A stretch of 21,251 nucleotides of DNA from Escherichia coli (GCF_003334255.1 NZ_QOWU01000069.1), one strand, 5' to 3'. Numbered from the stretch's first letter, positions 8,497-17,115 are shown. The notes: generated by a model from the letters alone, not told the origin. Made by a program: numbers and translations.

Positions 8497-9158
8497 TGAT
8501 CAGGATTAGAGAGGTAAGTCATCACTATTCGCTGGGGCATAGCGCAGTCCCTGCGCTACAGAATATCTCGCTGGATATTGCTGCCGCTGAAATGGTGGCC
8601 ATTACCGGGCCTTCGGGCAGTGGAAAATCTACCTTATTAAATGTACTGGGATGTTTACTGACCCCACATTCGGGGGAGGTCTTTCTGCTGGAGAAGCTGA
8701 CGAATACGCTGAATGATTATCAGAAGTCGTTATTTCGGCGGGATAATATCAGCTTCATTTTTCAGTCGTTTAATCTATTACCGGTGCTATCGGTTGATGA
8801 AAATGTCGAGTATCCGTTGATTCTGCAGGGTGTCAGAAAAGTTGAACGTAAAAAACGTGTCGCAGAGATAGTCAATGATGTCGGTCTGATGGGATTTCGG
8901 CGGCATCGGCCGGACCAGTTATCCGGCGGTCAGCGACAGCGCGTCGCGATTGCCCGGGCGCTCATTACTGACCCGAAGTATGTGCTGGCGGATGAGCCGA
9001 CGGCTAATTTAGACAGTGAAAACAGCAAAATGATACTGAATCTTATTGCCGAGATGAATCACATACGCAAAACCGCATTTATTTTCGCTACCCATGACGC
9101 AAACGTATATAACTTCGCGCATCGTATGATCAATATGACTGACGGGAGAGTCATATGA
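8496..9158 (+). CDS. ABC transporter ATP-binding protein, LolD/MacB-type
   Basis: Walker A GPSGSGKST, ABC signature LSGGQRQRVAIARAL, Walker B VLADEPTANLD; start overlaps the previous stop (TGATG). Confidence 0.9.
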   Translation: MIRIREVSHHYSLGHSAVPALQNISLDIAAAEMVAITGPSGSGKSTLLNVLGCLLTPHSGEVFLLEKLTNTLNDYQKSLFRRDNISFIFQSFNLLPVLSVDENVEYPLILQGVRKVERKKRVAEIVNDVGLMGFRRHRPDQLSGGQRQRVAIARALITDPKYVLADEPTANLDSENSKMILNLIAEMNHIRKTAFIFATHDANVYNFAHRMINMTDGRVI

Positions 9159-10369
9159 CAACGGCATTGTTAGCGTTGCGCAATGTATTCAGAAATAAAC
9201 GCCGAACTTGCATTGTTTTCCTGTCCATCTCGGCAGCGATGAGCGCCATGATTGTGTTTGGCGGCTTTATTAATTACACCTTTGAAGGACTCCGGGAATC
9301 GACGATCAGAACCCAGCTGGGGCACTTTCAGATTGCCCAGCGCGGCTATTTCGAGCAGGGCGCATCGCAGAGCAGAGAGCTGCTCATTTCGTCACCTCAG
9401 CGGCTGGAAACAAAACTGCAAACGGTACCTCATATCAGCACGATCTCCAGAAGGCTTACCGGCTCCGGACTGATTACGGTTGGCCACGCTTCGCTGTCTG
9501 CCAAATTAATCGGTGTCATGCCGGAACGCGATGAGGAATTCTCGAATTATGAAATTGTGGTGGAAGGCAGGCAAATCGAACAGGGCCATGATGATGAGTG
9601 TGTGATTGGCAGCCAGCTGGCAAAAGGTCTCGGGGCGCAGGTGGGTGATACCGCCACCATACTCAGTTCGAGTTATGACGACGCAATCAACGCGGTAGAT
9701 TGTACCATTGTCGGTATCGTACGGACCCCGGCGAAAGAATATGACAAGGTTTATGTAAAAATGAACCTGGCTCATTTGCAGCGATTGCTTGATACCGAAA
9801 AAATTGAATATCTGGTGTTGTTACTGGATGAAACGGAAAACTTATCGATTGTTGCCAGCCAGCTGAGCACGGTAATAAGTGGTGAGTATGAGTACAGAGA
9901 GTGGACGCAGCTGGCAGAGTTTTATCAGGGCGTGGTTAACCTTTATACGTCAATATTCAGGCTTAGTTTCATCGTATTATCAATTATCGTCATTTTAAGT
10001 ATCACCAATACGATGAGCATGTCGGTTTTTGAACGCTTTCGCGAGATTGGCACATTGCGGGCAATGGGACAGACGCGGCTTTCCATCATCGGATTATTTG
10101 TAAGTGAAGGGATCATTATCGGTATCCTGGGCGGCATCATTGGCGTGCTGGCTGGAACAGGGTTTGCCCAGCTGATTAACCTCTCAGGGGGGATCGCGAT
10201 ACCTGCGCCACCGGGCATGTCCAGTGGCTATACTGCACGTATTAATATCGATTTCACTGTTATTTTATACTCTTTTATGATGTCGATGATAACTGCAACG
10301 GTATCTTCATTATATCCGGCCATTATTGCGGCCAGAAAAGATATTGTCGAGGCACTGACCCATATATGA
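9155..10369 (+). CDS. ABC transporter permease, FtsX-like (LolC/E / MacB-family)
   Basis: 404 aa; N-terminal transmembrane segment, large periplasmic domain, then three C-terminal transmembrane segments (LSFIVLSIIVILSI, IIIGILGGIIGVLAG, ILYSFMMSMITATV); ATG overlaps the ATPase stop (ATGA). Confidence 0.85.
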   Translation: MTTALLALRNVFRNKRRTCIVFLSISAAMSAMIVFGGFINYTFEGLRESTIRTQLGHFQIAQRGYFEQGASQSRELLISSPQRLETKLQTVPHISTISRRLTGSGLITVGHASLSAKLIGVMPERDEEFSNYEIVVEGRQIEQGHDDECVIGSQLAKGLGAQVGDTATILSSSYDDAINAVDCTIVGIVRTPAKEYDKVYVKMNLAHLQRLLDTEKIEYLVLLLDETENLSIVASQLSTVISGEYEYREWTQLAEFYQGVVNLYTSIFRLSFIVLSIIVILSITNTMSMSVFERFREIGTLRAMGQTRLSIIGLFVSEGIIIGILGGIIGVLAGTGFAQLINLSGGIAIPAPPGMSSGYTARINIDFTVILYSFMMSMITATVSSLYPAIIAARKDIVEALTHI

Positions 10370-11109
10370 AAAAACTGCTTACCATCTTCTTACTTTTATT
10401 GTTGTTTCCCACAGCATCAGTGACGGCTGAGAGCCCCGAGTTGACTCTTTCACCTGAAAAAATATTGACGCGGGTTGATACTATTCGTGCACCTGGCAGT
10501 GATTTTATTTTCACTGTTACAGCCGATGTAAATAATGGCGAGGTGATGAGTGAATACACCGTGAAAGTTAATAACAGCACGAAAAGTCTGGTGCTGTATA
10601 CCAAACCGGTAAAAAATAAAGGACGGGTAATCCTGTTAGATGACCGCAACATGTGGATATACATACCCGGTACCAGTCGGGCGATGAGAATATCCCCGCA
10701 ACAGCAACTGGTTGGCGCTGCCTCTAATGCCGATATTTCGCGAGTGGTCTTTAATATCGACTATCGTCCGCTATCTGCGGTGACAAAAAAAGAGCACGCT
10801 CGCGAGGTGATTGAGCTGGAGTTGCAGGCCAAAGAAGCCTCTGCGCCCTACAGAAAAGTGGTATTAATCGTCGATAAACACAGCTTTCAGCCGATTAAAG
10901 CAGATTTTTATGCACTGTCGGGGAAAAAATTAAAATCGATAGATTATCTTGAATATGCCCCCGTCCTGGGCGAGGTGCGTCCGGTTAAATTAGTGATTAG
11001 TGACAGTGTTAACACCAGCAAAACGACAACATTGACCTACAGCCATTTTTCACTGGAAAAAACGCCGGAAGCATTCTATCAGCCATCCTATCTTAACCGG
11101 GTAAGATAA
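10366..11109 (+). CDS. LolA-like periplasmic carrier (outer-membrane lipoprotein-sorting-protein family)
   Basis: Signal peptide MKKLLTIFLLLLLFPTASVTA without a lipobox; length and the RVILLDDRNMWIYIPG…RISP pattern match LolA-like proteins found next to ABC/FtsX exporters and in polyene-pigment clusters. Overlaps the permease stop. Confidence 0.5.
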   Translation: MKKLLTIFLLLLLFPTASVTAESPELTLSPEKILTRVDTIRAPGSDFIFTVTADVNNGEVMSEYTVKVNNSTKSLVLYTKPVKNKGRVILLDDRNMWIYIPGTSRAMRISPQQQLVGAASNADISRVVFNIDYRPLSAVTKKEHAREVIELELQAKEASAPYRKVVLIVDKHSFQPIKADFYALSGKKLKSIDYLEYAPVLGEVRPVKLVISDSVNTSKTTTLTYSHFSLEKTPEAFYQPSYLNRVR

Positions 11110-11130
11110 CAGGATAAGTCAGGAGACGTT

Positions 11131-12330
11131 ATGAGGGAGCTTGCTGGCAAACGACCATGGCGCGGATATGGATTATGCCTGCTGACGGCGCTCCCGCTGT
11201 TGGTCAATGCTGAGGGTGCTGATTTTGATTATCAGTTGCAAAGCGATCTGCGCAGCTATGTATATCAGGGAGAAAAATACAGAGATAGCCAGGATTTTAA
11301 TCTGTACTCTGACAATTTCGCGCAGCTCATGGTGAATTTCTTCTCCCGCTATCATTATCAGCGCCTTACGGTGCCCGTAAAAATAAGAGCCAGCGAAAAA
11401 TACTCTTTTGATAAACGTGATGATAAATCCGACCTGATAGTCGATGAGGCCTTTCTCGATTATTCTGCCACTGATACGCTTATTTTCAACCTTGGACGTA
11501 AACAGTTGGTTAATGGGGTGGCGATGGGAAATAACCCCACCGACTTTCTCAATGCTAATAAGTATCAGGATCGGCATCTGTCAGACCAGCAGCGCCGATC
11601 TGAGATAAAGGGGGATGATGTGGTTGGGGTCGTGAATTATTTTGCCTCATCATCTGTACAGTTTTACTATTTGCCGTCAGAAAATGCCAGCTGGCTCCAG
11701 TACGCCTGGAATATTCCATCAATGAATACCGATACCGGATTTTCCTGGTACCACGATGATATCAATGCTGTCGGTATCAACATCTCAACGACGTTTACGG
11801 ATAAGATTACGGGCTATATCGAGAATTCACTGTCTGATAAAAGAAACCGTTCGGTTATCGATGCGCAGGGGAATCTGCACAGTGAATCGGGTTTGTTTAC
11901 CGATCTGGTGCTGGGCTCACAATATACCTTTGATAACGGCATTAATATCAACGCAGAATACTGGTATAACCAACACGGCTATAGCAAAGAGGAGTATGAC
12001 GATATCTCTGCCGCTGTGGCTACGGGTAAAATAAAATACACTGATGCTTCCCGCTCTTTAAGTATGCGTAATCGGTATAAAAATAAACTGTTTTTTCGGC
12101 TGAGCGATATTCCGGTTAATGAAGATATCAGGCTGGAGCAGACCTTTATTCAGAGTTTAACGGATAATGGCTACTTTCTGCGGAGTACGGTTATTGGCCA
12201 GCTGTCGGATAATTCAACATTGCGTGTCAGCATGGAATTCTATCAGGGCAATGCGCAGAGCGAGTATGGTGGTAACCCAATCAATTACGGCGTGTTTTTG
12301 TCCTGGCAATATTTCTTGGAGAGTAACTGA
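11131..12330 (+). CDS. Putative outer-membrane (beta-rich) protein of unknown function
   Basis: AGGAG ribosome-binding site; signal peptide ending LLVNA-EGAD; composition rich in Y/N/S/T/G with alternating hydrophobic patterns; aromatic-rich C-terminal region (GVFLSWQYF). Confidence 0.45.
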   Translation: MRELAGKRPWRGYGLCLLTALPLLVNAEGADFDYQLQSDLRSYVYQGEKYRDSQDFNLYSDNFAQLMVNFFSRYHYQRLTVPVKIRASEKYSFDKRDDKSDLIVDEAFLDYSATDTLIFNLGRKQLVNGVAMGNNPTDFLNANKYQDRHLSDQQRRSEIKGDDVVGVVNYFASSSVQFYYLPSENASWLQYAWNIPSMNTDTGFSWYHDDINAVGINISTTFTDKITGYIENSLSDKRNRSVIDAQGNLHSESGLFTDLVLGSQYTFDNGININAEYWYNQHGYSKEEYDDISAAVATGKIKYTDASRSLSMRNRYKNKLFFRLSDIPVNEDIRLEQTFIQSLTDNGYFLRSTVIGQLSDNSTLRVSMEFYQGNAQSEYGGNPINYGVFLSWQYFLESN

Positions 12331-12332
12331 TT

Positions 12333-13166
12333 ATGGCATTTGCTTCGCATAACCCACAGCGTTATGACATTGGTGAGGATTGTTTCGCCCTTTATCATTC
12401 GGAATCACACAGTTTTGAGGTATTTCTTGGCAGTGAACGCGTGCCTTTCTTCTCAGCAGAAGTGGTAGATAAAATGCTCGGCGGCATGACAAAGATAGCG
12501 CATGGCGAGCTGGACTGTTCATCCGCACTCCATTTCTTTGTGTTGCGTTCCGCTTTCCCCGGTATTTTTAATCTTGGTGCCGATCTTGATCTGTTTCACT
12601 CGTTAGCCGCGGAGAAAAACAGAGATGAACTTCGTCTCTATGCTGACAAGTGCGTTGACCTTATCCATCACCTTTCTCACGGCATCAACAATGCGATAAC
12701 GACCGTGGCGCTGGTAGAAGGAAAATGTTTTGGCGGCGGCTTTGAGGCGGTACTGGCCTGCGATTACCTGATTGCCAGTGAGTCCGCTTTATTCTCGTTC
12801 CCCGAAATCAAGCTGGGTATTTTTCCCGGTATGGGAGCCGCGTCGGTTATGTCGCGGGTACTGAATAAAGGGGATTACCAGCGAATTTTCCTTTCGGGTG
12901 AGATGTTTTCCGCGCAGCAGCTCTTTGATATGGGCCTGGTGAGCCAGCTGGTTCCCGACGGGCAGGGAGAGGCGGTATTAAGGCAGTTCCTGAAGCGTAT
13001 GAATAGCGCCGCGTGTTATCAGTTATCCGCTATTTATAAATACAATAAGCGGCTACCAGTGTCGGAGCTGCGCTTTTTTGCTGAGCAGTGGGTAGAGGGG
13101 GTAATGGATTTAACCCGGCGGCAACTCGCGCTGATTGCTTATGCGGCAACGCAACAGAGAGAATAA
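12333..13166 (+). CDS. Enoyl-CoA hydratase/isomerase (crotonase-family) protein
   Basis: Crotonase core GKCFGGGFEAVLACDYLIASESALFSFPEIKLGIFPGMGA; starts 2 bp after the previous stop. Confidence 0.85.
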   Translation: MAFASHNPQRYDIGEDCFALYHSESHSFEVFLGSERVPFFSAEVVDKMLGGMTKIAHGELDCSSALHFFVLRSAFPGIFNLGADLDLFHSLAAEKNRDELRLYADKCVDLIHHLSHGINNAITTVALVEGKCFGGGFEAVLACDYLIASESALFSFPEIKLGIFPGMGAASVMSRVLNKGDYQRIFLSGEMFSAQQLFDMGLVSQLVPDGQGEAVLRQFLKRMNSAACYQLSAIYKYNKRLPVSELRFFAEQWVEGVMDLTRRQLALIAYAATQQRE

Positions 13167-13186
13167 GTACCAGGCGGGGTAGGCCC

Positions 13187-14480
13187 CTGAGGAATCCCCA
13201 GAAAAATGAGACAGGCATAGTGTGTTGTGATCTAATTGATTGCGCTAACAATTTCAAGGAAATCACCACTATGCCTGCGCGCTCATTATGCCGAAAATTT
13301 CTTAAAAATATACTGGAACCTCTGCATCTTTACCGTCAAAACGCACTGATTGACGCAACCAGTGCTGTAATAAATGGTGCATCTCTTACGCTTACCAGTA
13401 TCGGACGCCATTTAACTGGAACTGCATCGGTTAAAAATAAAATAAAGCGTATGGATAGACTGCTGGGGAATCCCCATCTGCAAAATGAGGTTCCCATAAT
13501 TTTTCAACGTGTTACGCAGAAAATTACGCAGGGAATGTCCCGTGCTGTGATACTCATTGACTGGAGTGCTTATCATGCTTCGCGTTTCCAGCTCCTACGG
13601 GCAAGCCTGGCATGTGATGGTCGCTCTTTACCATTGATGAGTTGTATCGTTCCATCATCACAGACGGCAAATGCTGAAGTGCATGAACGTTTTATTGGGT
13701 CGCTTGCTGAGTGCTTTACACCTGAAACTAATGTCATTGTTATTACGGATGCCGGTTTTCAGGGGCGATGGTTTCAACAGGTTAGTTCTCGTGGCTGGAC
13801 TTATATTTGTCGGGTACTGGGTAACCACTATTACAATGTTGGTGATGGGTGGGAAAAGGTACTGGATTCAGGAAAAAAGGCATCAACAACAGCAAGTTAT
13901 CTTGGTAAAGGTCTGCTGGGACGAAGTAAAGAAGCACAACACGAAGACTATTTTTACCTTTATAAAAGCAAACCTAAAGGCCGTAAATTTAAACGTTCAA
14001 AAGAAAGATCTACTAGGGCATCGGTGACAGCTAAAGCCCAGACAGCGGGGAAATCACCCTGGTTTATTTTTACAAATAGCACTGAATTTTCCCCTAAACA
14101 GGTGATGAGGTTATACAGCCGCAGAATGCAAATCGAGCAAAATTTCAGGGATGAAAAAAATCCTCGCTGGGGATTTGGGCTAAGGTTTGGAGCCAGCTAT
14201 TCAACTGAGCGGGTCACAGTGTTGAGCCTGATCGCGACGTTAGCCAGTATCATTATGTGGTTAAGTGGTTTCAGTCTTGAAAACAAGGGATACATCATAA
14301 ATATCAGGCAAATACAGTGAAACACAGGCGAGTCATTTCGTTGTTAAAGTTGGCGGAGAATGTATTTCGACATTCTCCGCTCATATTGAAAACCCTGTCG
14401 CTGGACTCGGGGTTGAAGAAATTACAGCAACGGTATATCGATATGATATTGGTTTACTGAGTTTTCTGGGGATCCCTCAG
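13187..14480 (+). mobile_element. IS4-family (IS10-like) insertion sequence, about 1.29 kb, apparently intact ends
   Basis: Left end CTGAGGAATCCCCAGAAAAA (from 13187) and inverted right end (reverse complement of 14461-14480 is CTGAGGGATCCCCAGAAAAC); both resemble the IS10 terminus CTGATGAATCCCC. Flanked by a direct duplication GGTAGGCCC (13178-13186 and 14482-14490; boundary ambiguous by 1 bp). Confidence 0.8.
13271..14320 (+). CDS. IS4-family (IS10-like) DDE transposase
   Basis: ATG at 13271 (MPARSL...); motifs shared with the IS10 transposase: IKRMDRLLGN, ILIDWS, LRASLACDGRS, TDAGF, LYKSKPKGRK, RRMQIEQNFRD. The ORF-track start at 13088 is an upstream extension across the IS end. Product is shorter than the IS10 transposase; about 160 bp with a hairpin follow the stop. 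Confidence 0.85.
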   Translation: MPARSLCRKFLKNILEPLHLYRQNALIDATSAVINGASLTLTSIGRHLTGTASVKNKIKRMDRLLGNPHLQNEVPIIFQRVTQKITQGMSRAVILIDWSAYHASRFQLLRASLACDGRSLPLMSCIVPSSQTANAEVHERFIGSLAECFTPETNVIVITDAGFQGRWFQQVSSRGWTYICRVLGNHYYNVGDGWEKVLDSGKKASTTASYLGKGLLGRSKEAQHEDYFYLYKSKPKGRKFKRSKERSTRASVTAKAQTAGKSPWFIFTNSTEFSPKQVMRLYSRRMQIEQNFRDEKNPRWGFGLRFGASYSTERVTVLSLIATLASIIMWLSGFSLENKGYIINIRQIQ

Positions 14481-14489
14481 GGGTAGGCC

Positions 14490-14744
14490 CCGCAGCAGCG
14501 GCTTGCTTTGGGATTGTCTCGCTGCCAGCCGCTCAGTTGCAGGGAGGCCGCGTATTGTTTCTTCGATTGCGTACAGTTCGCCGATACGTTTCAGGGCTTC
14601 CTCTGCTGTGGATGCACTGGTTGCCGGGCTAAAACTGGGGTAACGGAAATTTCGGCGGTTCCGGCGTAGAACCCCGATATGTTCCGAACCGTCGCGGCCG
14701 TCTGGTTTGCTCATAGTTTTACCGGGGCATAAAATATGGTGTCT
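14490..14744 (-). pseudogene. IS66-family transposase (TnpC-like) internal fragment
   Basis: Minus-strand translation …HIGVLRRNRRNF…EEALKRIGELYAIEETIRGLPATERLAARQSQSKPLL resembles the conserved post-DDE region of IS66 TnpC (LYAIE…IRG…ERL…RQ…S.PL); only about 80 codons, cut at the lower end by the IS10-like insertion. Confidence 0.5.
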
Positions 14745-14777
14745 TAGAAAGATACTGAGGGCTTTAAGGATTAATAC

Positions 14778-15272
14778 ATGAGTGAATTTTATTCAAGGGC
14801 AGCAACTGTGGCAGACATGCCATTTATCATGGGTGAGTTCGAAGACGGCGCACGCAAAGGTCACTTCTACGAAGAGGTCCTCACATCAAATGTTGGTGAA
14901 ACCTTTGAACAGCAGCTCAGGCTGGCAATCAAGGCGAACGAGCAGGGCCAATACACCGGGCATTTTATCTACATCCTGCTGCGACGTTCTGATGACAAAA
15001 AAATAGGACTAATCTGGTTCTGTGACGTACGCGATCCAACCGGTGTGCCACGACTTGAGCTCCGTGCCGTCAGTATTGTCAAAGAGCTTCGCGGGAAAGG
15101 CTATGGGTCAATGCTTGTGTCCGAAATGCTCGAATCAAACCCTGGCTGGCCAATGATGGCGAGGTGCTACGTCAAATCCTCGCAAATGGCCGACATGCTA
15201 AAACGCAGAGGTTTTTACCTTTTTGGCACGTCACCCAAAGGCACGCAGATGCTGTTTCGCGACCCAAAGTAA
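14778..15272 (+). CDS. GNAT-family N-acetyltransferase
   Basis: 164 aa; AAGGA ribosome-binding site; acetyl-CoA binding motif A-like LRGKGYGSMLVSEML; substrate unknown. Confidence 0.7.
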   Translation: MSEFYSRAATVADMPFIMGEFEDGARKGHFYEEVLTSNVGETFEQQLRLAIKANEQGQYTGHFIYILLRRSDDKKIGLIWFCDVRDPTGVPRLELRAVSIVKELRGKGYGSMLVSEMLESNPGWPMMARCYVKSSQMADMLKRRGFYLFGTSPKGTQMLFRDPK

Positions 15273-15900
15273 AAGATACTGGACCATGCTGGCCGACCAG
15301 AACAGGATAAAGCCAGCATCGACACACTGACTCGCTATGCCCATGCGTGCAGTATCAAAAAACTGTATCACTGGTATAATCTGGTAAAGAGCATATTGAG
15401 AACTTATCATGTCGTCACGCAACTCTATACATGATTTTATAATGCTGCTCCCGGCGCTGCTGTTAGTTGGGTGGTTAGTTTTGGTGATAATTCTCATGTT
15501 TAGGGATGATAAATGTGACAAAACTTACCGTGAAGGTTCGTTTCCCGAATTTATTTGTCTCCATTCTGATCGCTCGTCACTTCGAGAAACCGATTCTGAG
15601 AGACTCATTGTCAAATATACAGAAATACAATCACGAAAATAGGTAAAACCAATAATACTATAGCTAAAAAAATAGTTACTTTTCTGTATCACCCTGTCTC
15701 TCTCTGCTTTTTCATGGCTACTGTCATATTTATGTCTGTTGCGCGGTTTTATCTGTGTATATAAAATACATCTGTATTCATTGTTATCTGAAAATTTGCG
15801 TATGCTGATAAAAAATCCGATTTCTTATTTCCATATTGGCACATTTTTATTATCAGGAAAAAAACGTCATCTTCTGGAATACTGGAAAGCAGAAGTTATC

Positions 15901-16398
15901 ATGCGGGATAAGTTTGTTTTTCACCGGCTTATCAGGAACGGTATGCAGAGGCAGAGAGGTTTTCTTCTGTGGTGGCGTCTGGCCAATGAGATGTTTATCT
16001 CCGGAAACAAAAAACAAAGGAAATGTGCGATAAAGATAAAAAATGCACTCATGGAACGGTATGGATGTGATATCGGCCTGGGCGCGCGGATTGGTAAAGG
16101 CCTCGTGTTGCCTCACCATGCAGGTATCGTCATTCATGGTAATGTTGATATCGGTGAGAATGTCATTATACGGCAGAATACAACCATTGGTGAGAAGGTT
16201 TCTGACAGCAGGGATAACTATATTGTTATTGGCGATAATGTCGATATTGGTGCCCATACATGTATTATTGGGTTAAATGTGAAAATCGGAAGTAATGTTA
16301 AAATCGGGGCAATGTCTTTTATTATGGATGATGTGCCTGATAACTGTACTTATGTCACCAGGAAGGAATCCAGAGTAATAATTCGTGAACAGTCATGA
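15901..16398 (+). CDS. Hexapeptide-repeat O-acetyltransferase (serine acetyltransferase / WcaB-like)
   Basis: Left-handed beta-helix repeats GIVIHGNVDIGENVIIRQNTTIGEK…IVIGDNVDIGAHTCIIGLNVKIGSNVKIGAMSFIMDDVPDN; ATG at 15901 gives the ~165 aa length typical of WcaB-like proteins; the ORF-track start at 15739 is probably an extension. Confidence 0.7.
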   Translation: MRDKFVFHRLIRNGMQRQRGFLLWWRLANEMFISGNKKQRKCAIKIKNALMERYGCDIGLGARIGKGLVLPHHAGIVIHGNVDIGENVIIRQNTTIGEKVSDSRDNYIVIGDNVDIGAHTCIIGLNVKIGSNVKIGAMSFIMDDVPDNCTYVTRKESRVIIREQS

Positions 16399-16497
16399 AA
16401 TAAATATCATCATTATTCTGTTGGTGACTTTGCTGACTGAGATATATACTATCTGTATGTCGTGAATTACATATTAACGATACGCAGAGGTGTGTAT

Positions 16498-17115
16498 ATG
16501 GGCAGTGTCACAAAGAAACCGTCACCTGTTGTTATTATTAAGAAAAAAAGACGAATTCTTTCTCACCAGGATGATGCCGTACAGGCTGTTCCTGATGATA
16601 TAAAACCAGCGCCAGTAATGGAATTTAAAACTGACTCATTACCTCCGGATATACCAGCCACAGTGGTCGGTTCCCCGGAACAACAGAAAAAAACAGGACG
16701 TAAGAAGAAGAAAAAAAAGAAGAACAATGGATGGAGTCATGAATTTATCCGACACAGTCTGGACTGTGTTAAAAAAATATTCCCTCAGTTACGGGCTGAA
16801 GAGGGGGGATATCATGCATTTAAAATTGGCATATCAAAGGATGTCATGGCTTTTATTTCGTCCAGTCCAGAGTGTGGGCTCACAGTAAAAGAATGGGACT
16901 GTGCTGTAAGAATGATTACTGGCGGTTACAAATATCTGCAGCGTATATCAGTCGCAGGTACGCCGCGTTATGGTCTGGATGGCAAAGTTCATGGAACTGT
17001 AACGGAAGAAGAAGCGCAGCATGCGCAGGCAAAACTTGAAAAACACACGCAGCGTTATAACGCCAGGATGAAAGAGACAGAGGATGCTCGCCGCAATCAA
17101 CCATCGACAGACTGA
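16498..17115 (+). CDS. ProQ/FinO-family RNA-binding protein
   Basis: Central domain …IFPQLRAEEGGYHAFKIGISKDVMAF…GGYKYLQRISVAGTPRYGLDGKVHGTVTEEEAQHAQAKLEK has the FinO/ProQ pattern (FP..F, KIGI, YL, RYDL-EG, EE…A). Lys-rich N-terminal segment KKTGRKKKKKKKNN. ATG at 16498 preceded by GAGG. Confidence 0.75.
   Translation: MGSVTKKPSPVVIIKKKRRILSHQDDAVQAVPDDIKPAPVMEFKTDSLPPDIPATVVGSPEQQKKTGRKKKKKKKNNGWSHEFIRHSLDCVKKIFPQLRAEEGGYHAFKIGISKDVMAFISSSPECGLTVKEWDCAVRMITGGYKYLQRISVAGTPRYGLDGKVHGTVTEEEAQHAQAKLEKHTQRYNARMKETEDARRNQPSTD

Noticed and set aside
9506-12034. ORFs overlapping the permease, LolA-like and outer-membrane genes (9506..9775, 9943..10218, 10323..10664, 11173..11577, 11756..12034)
   Set aside because: Embedded in well-supported plus-strand genes; no independent start signals.
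1964-13166. Direct identification of the operon as an aryl-polyene (APE) cluster
   Set aside because: Hallmark APE genes (ammonia-lyase, CoA ligase or adenylation enzyme, thioesterase, MMPL exporter, glycosyl/acyltransferases) are not present; only the general KS/ACP/DH/KR plus LolA-like theme is shared.
13088-13270. Upstream extension of the transposase ORF starting at 13088
   Set aside because: The extension runs across the IS terminal inverted repeat and flanking DNA; ATG at 13271 is the plausible start.
15409-15642. 77-aa ORF with one hydrophobic helix (possible small membrane toxin or peptide)
   Set aside because: No ribosome-binding site recognised and no homology signal; kept only as a low-priority candidate.
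15739-15900. N-terminal extension of the hexapeptide acetyltransferase ORF
   Set aside because: The extension is AT-rich and low-complexity; family length supports the internal ATG at 15901.
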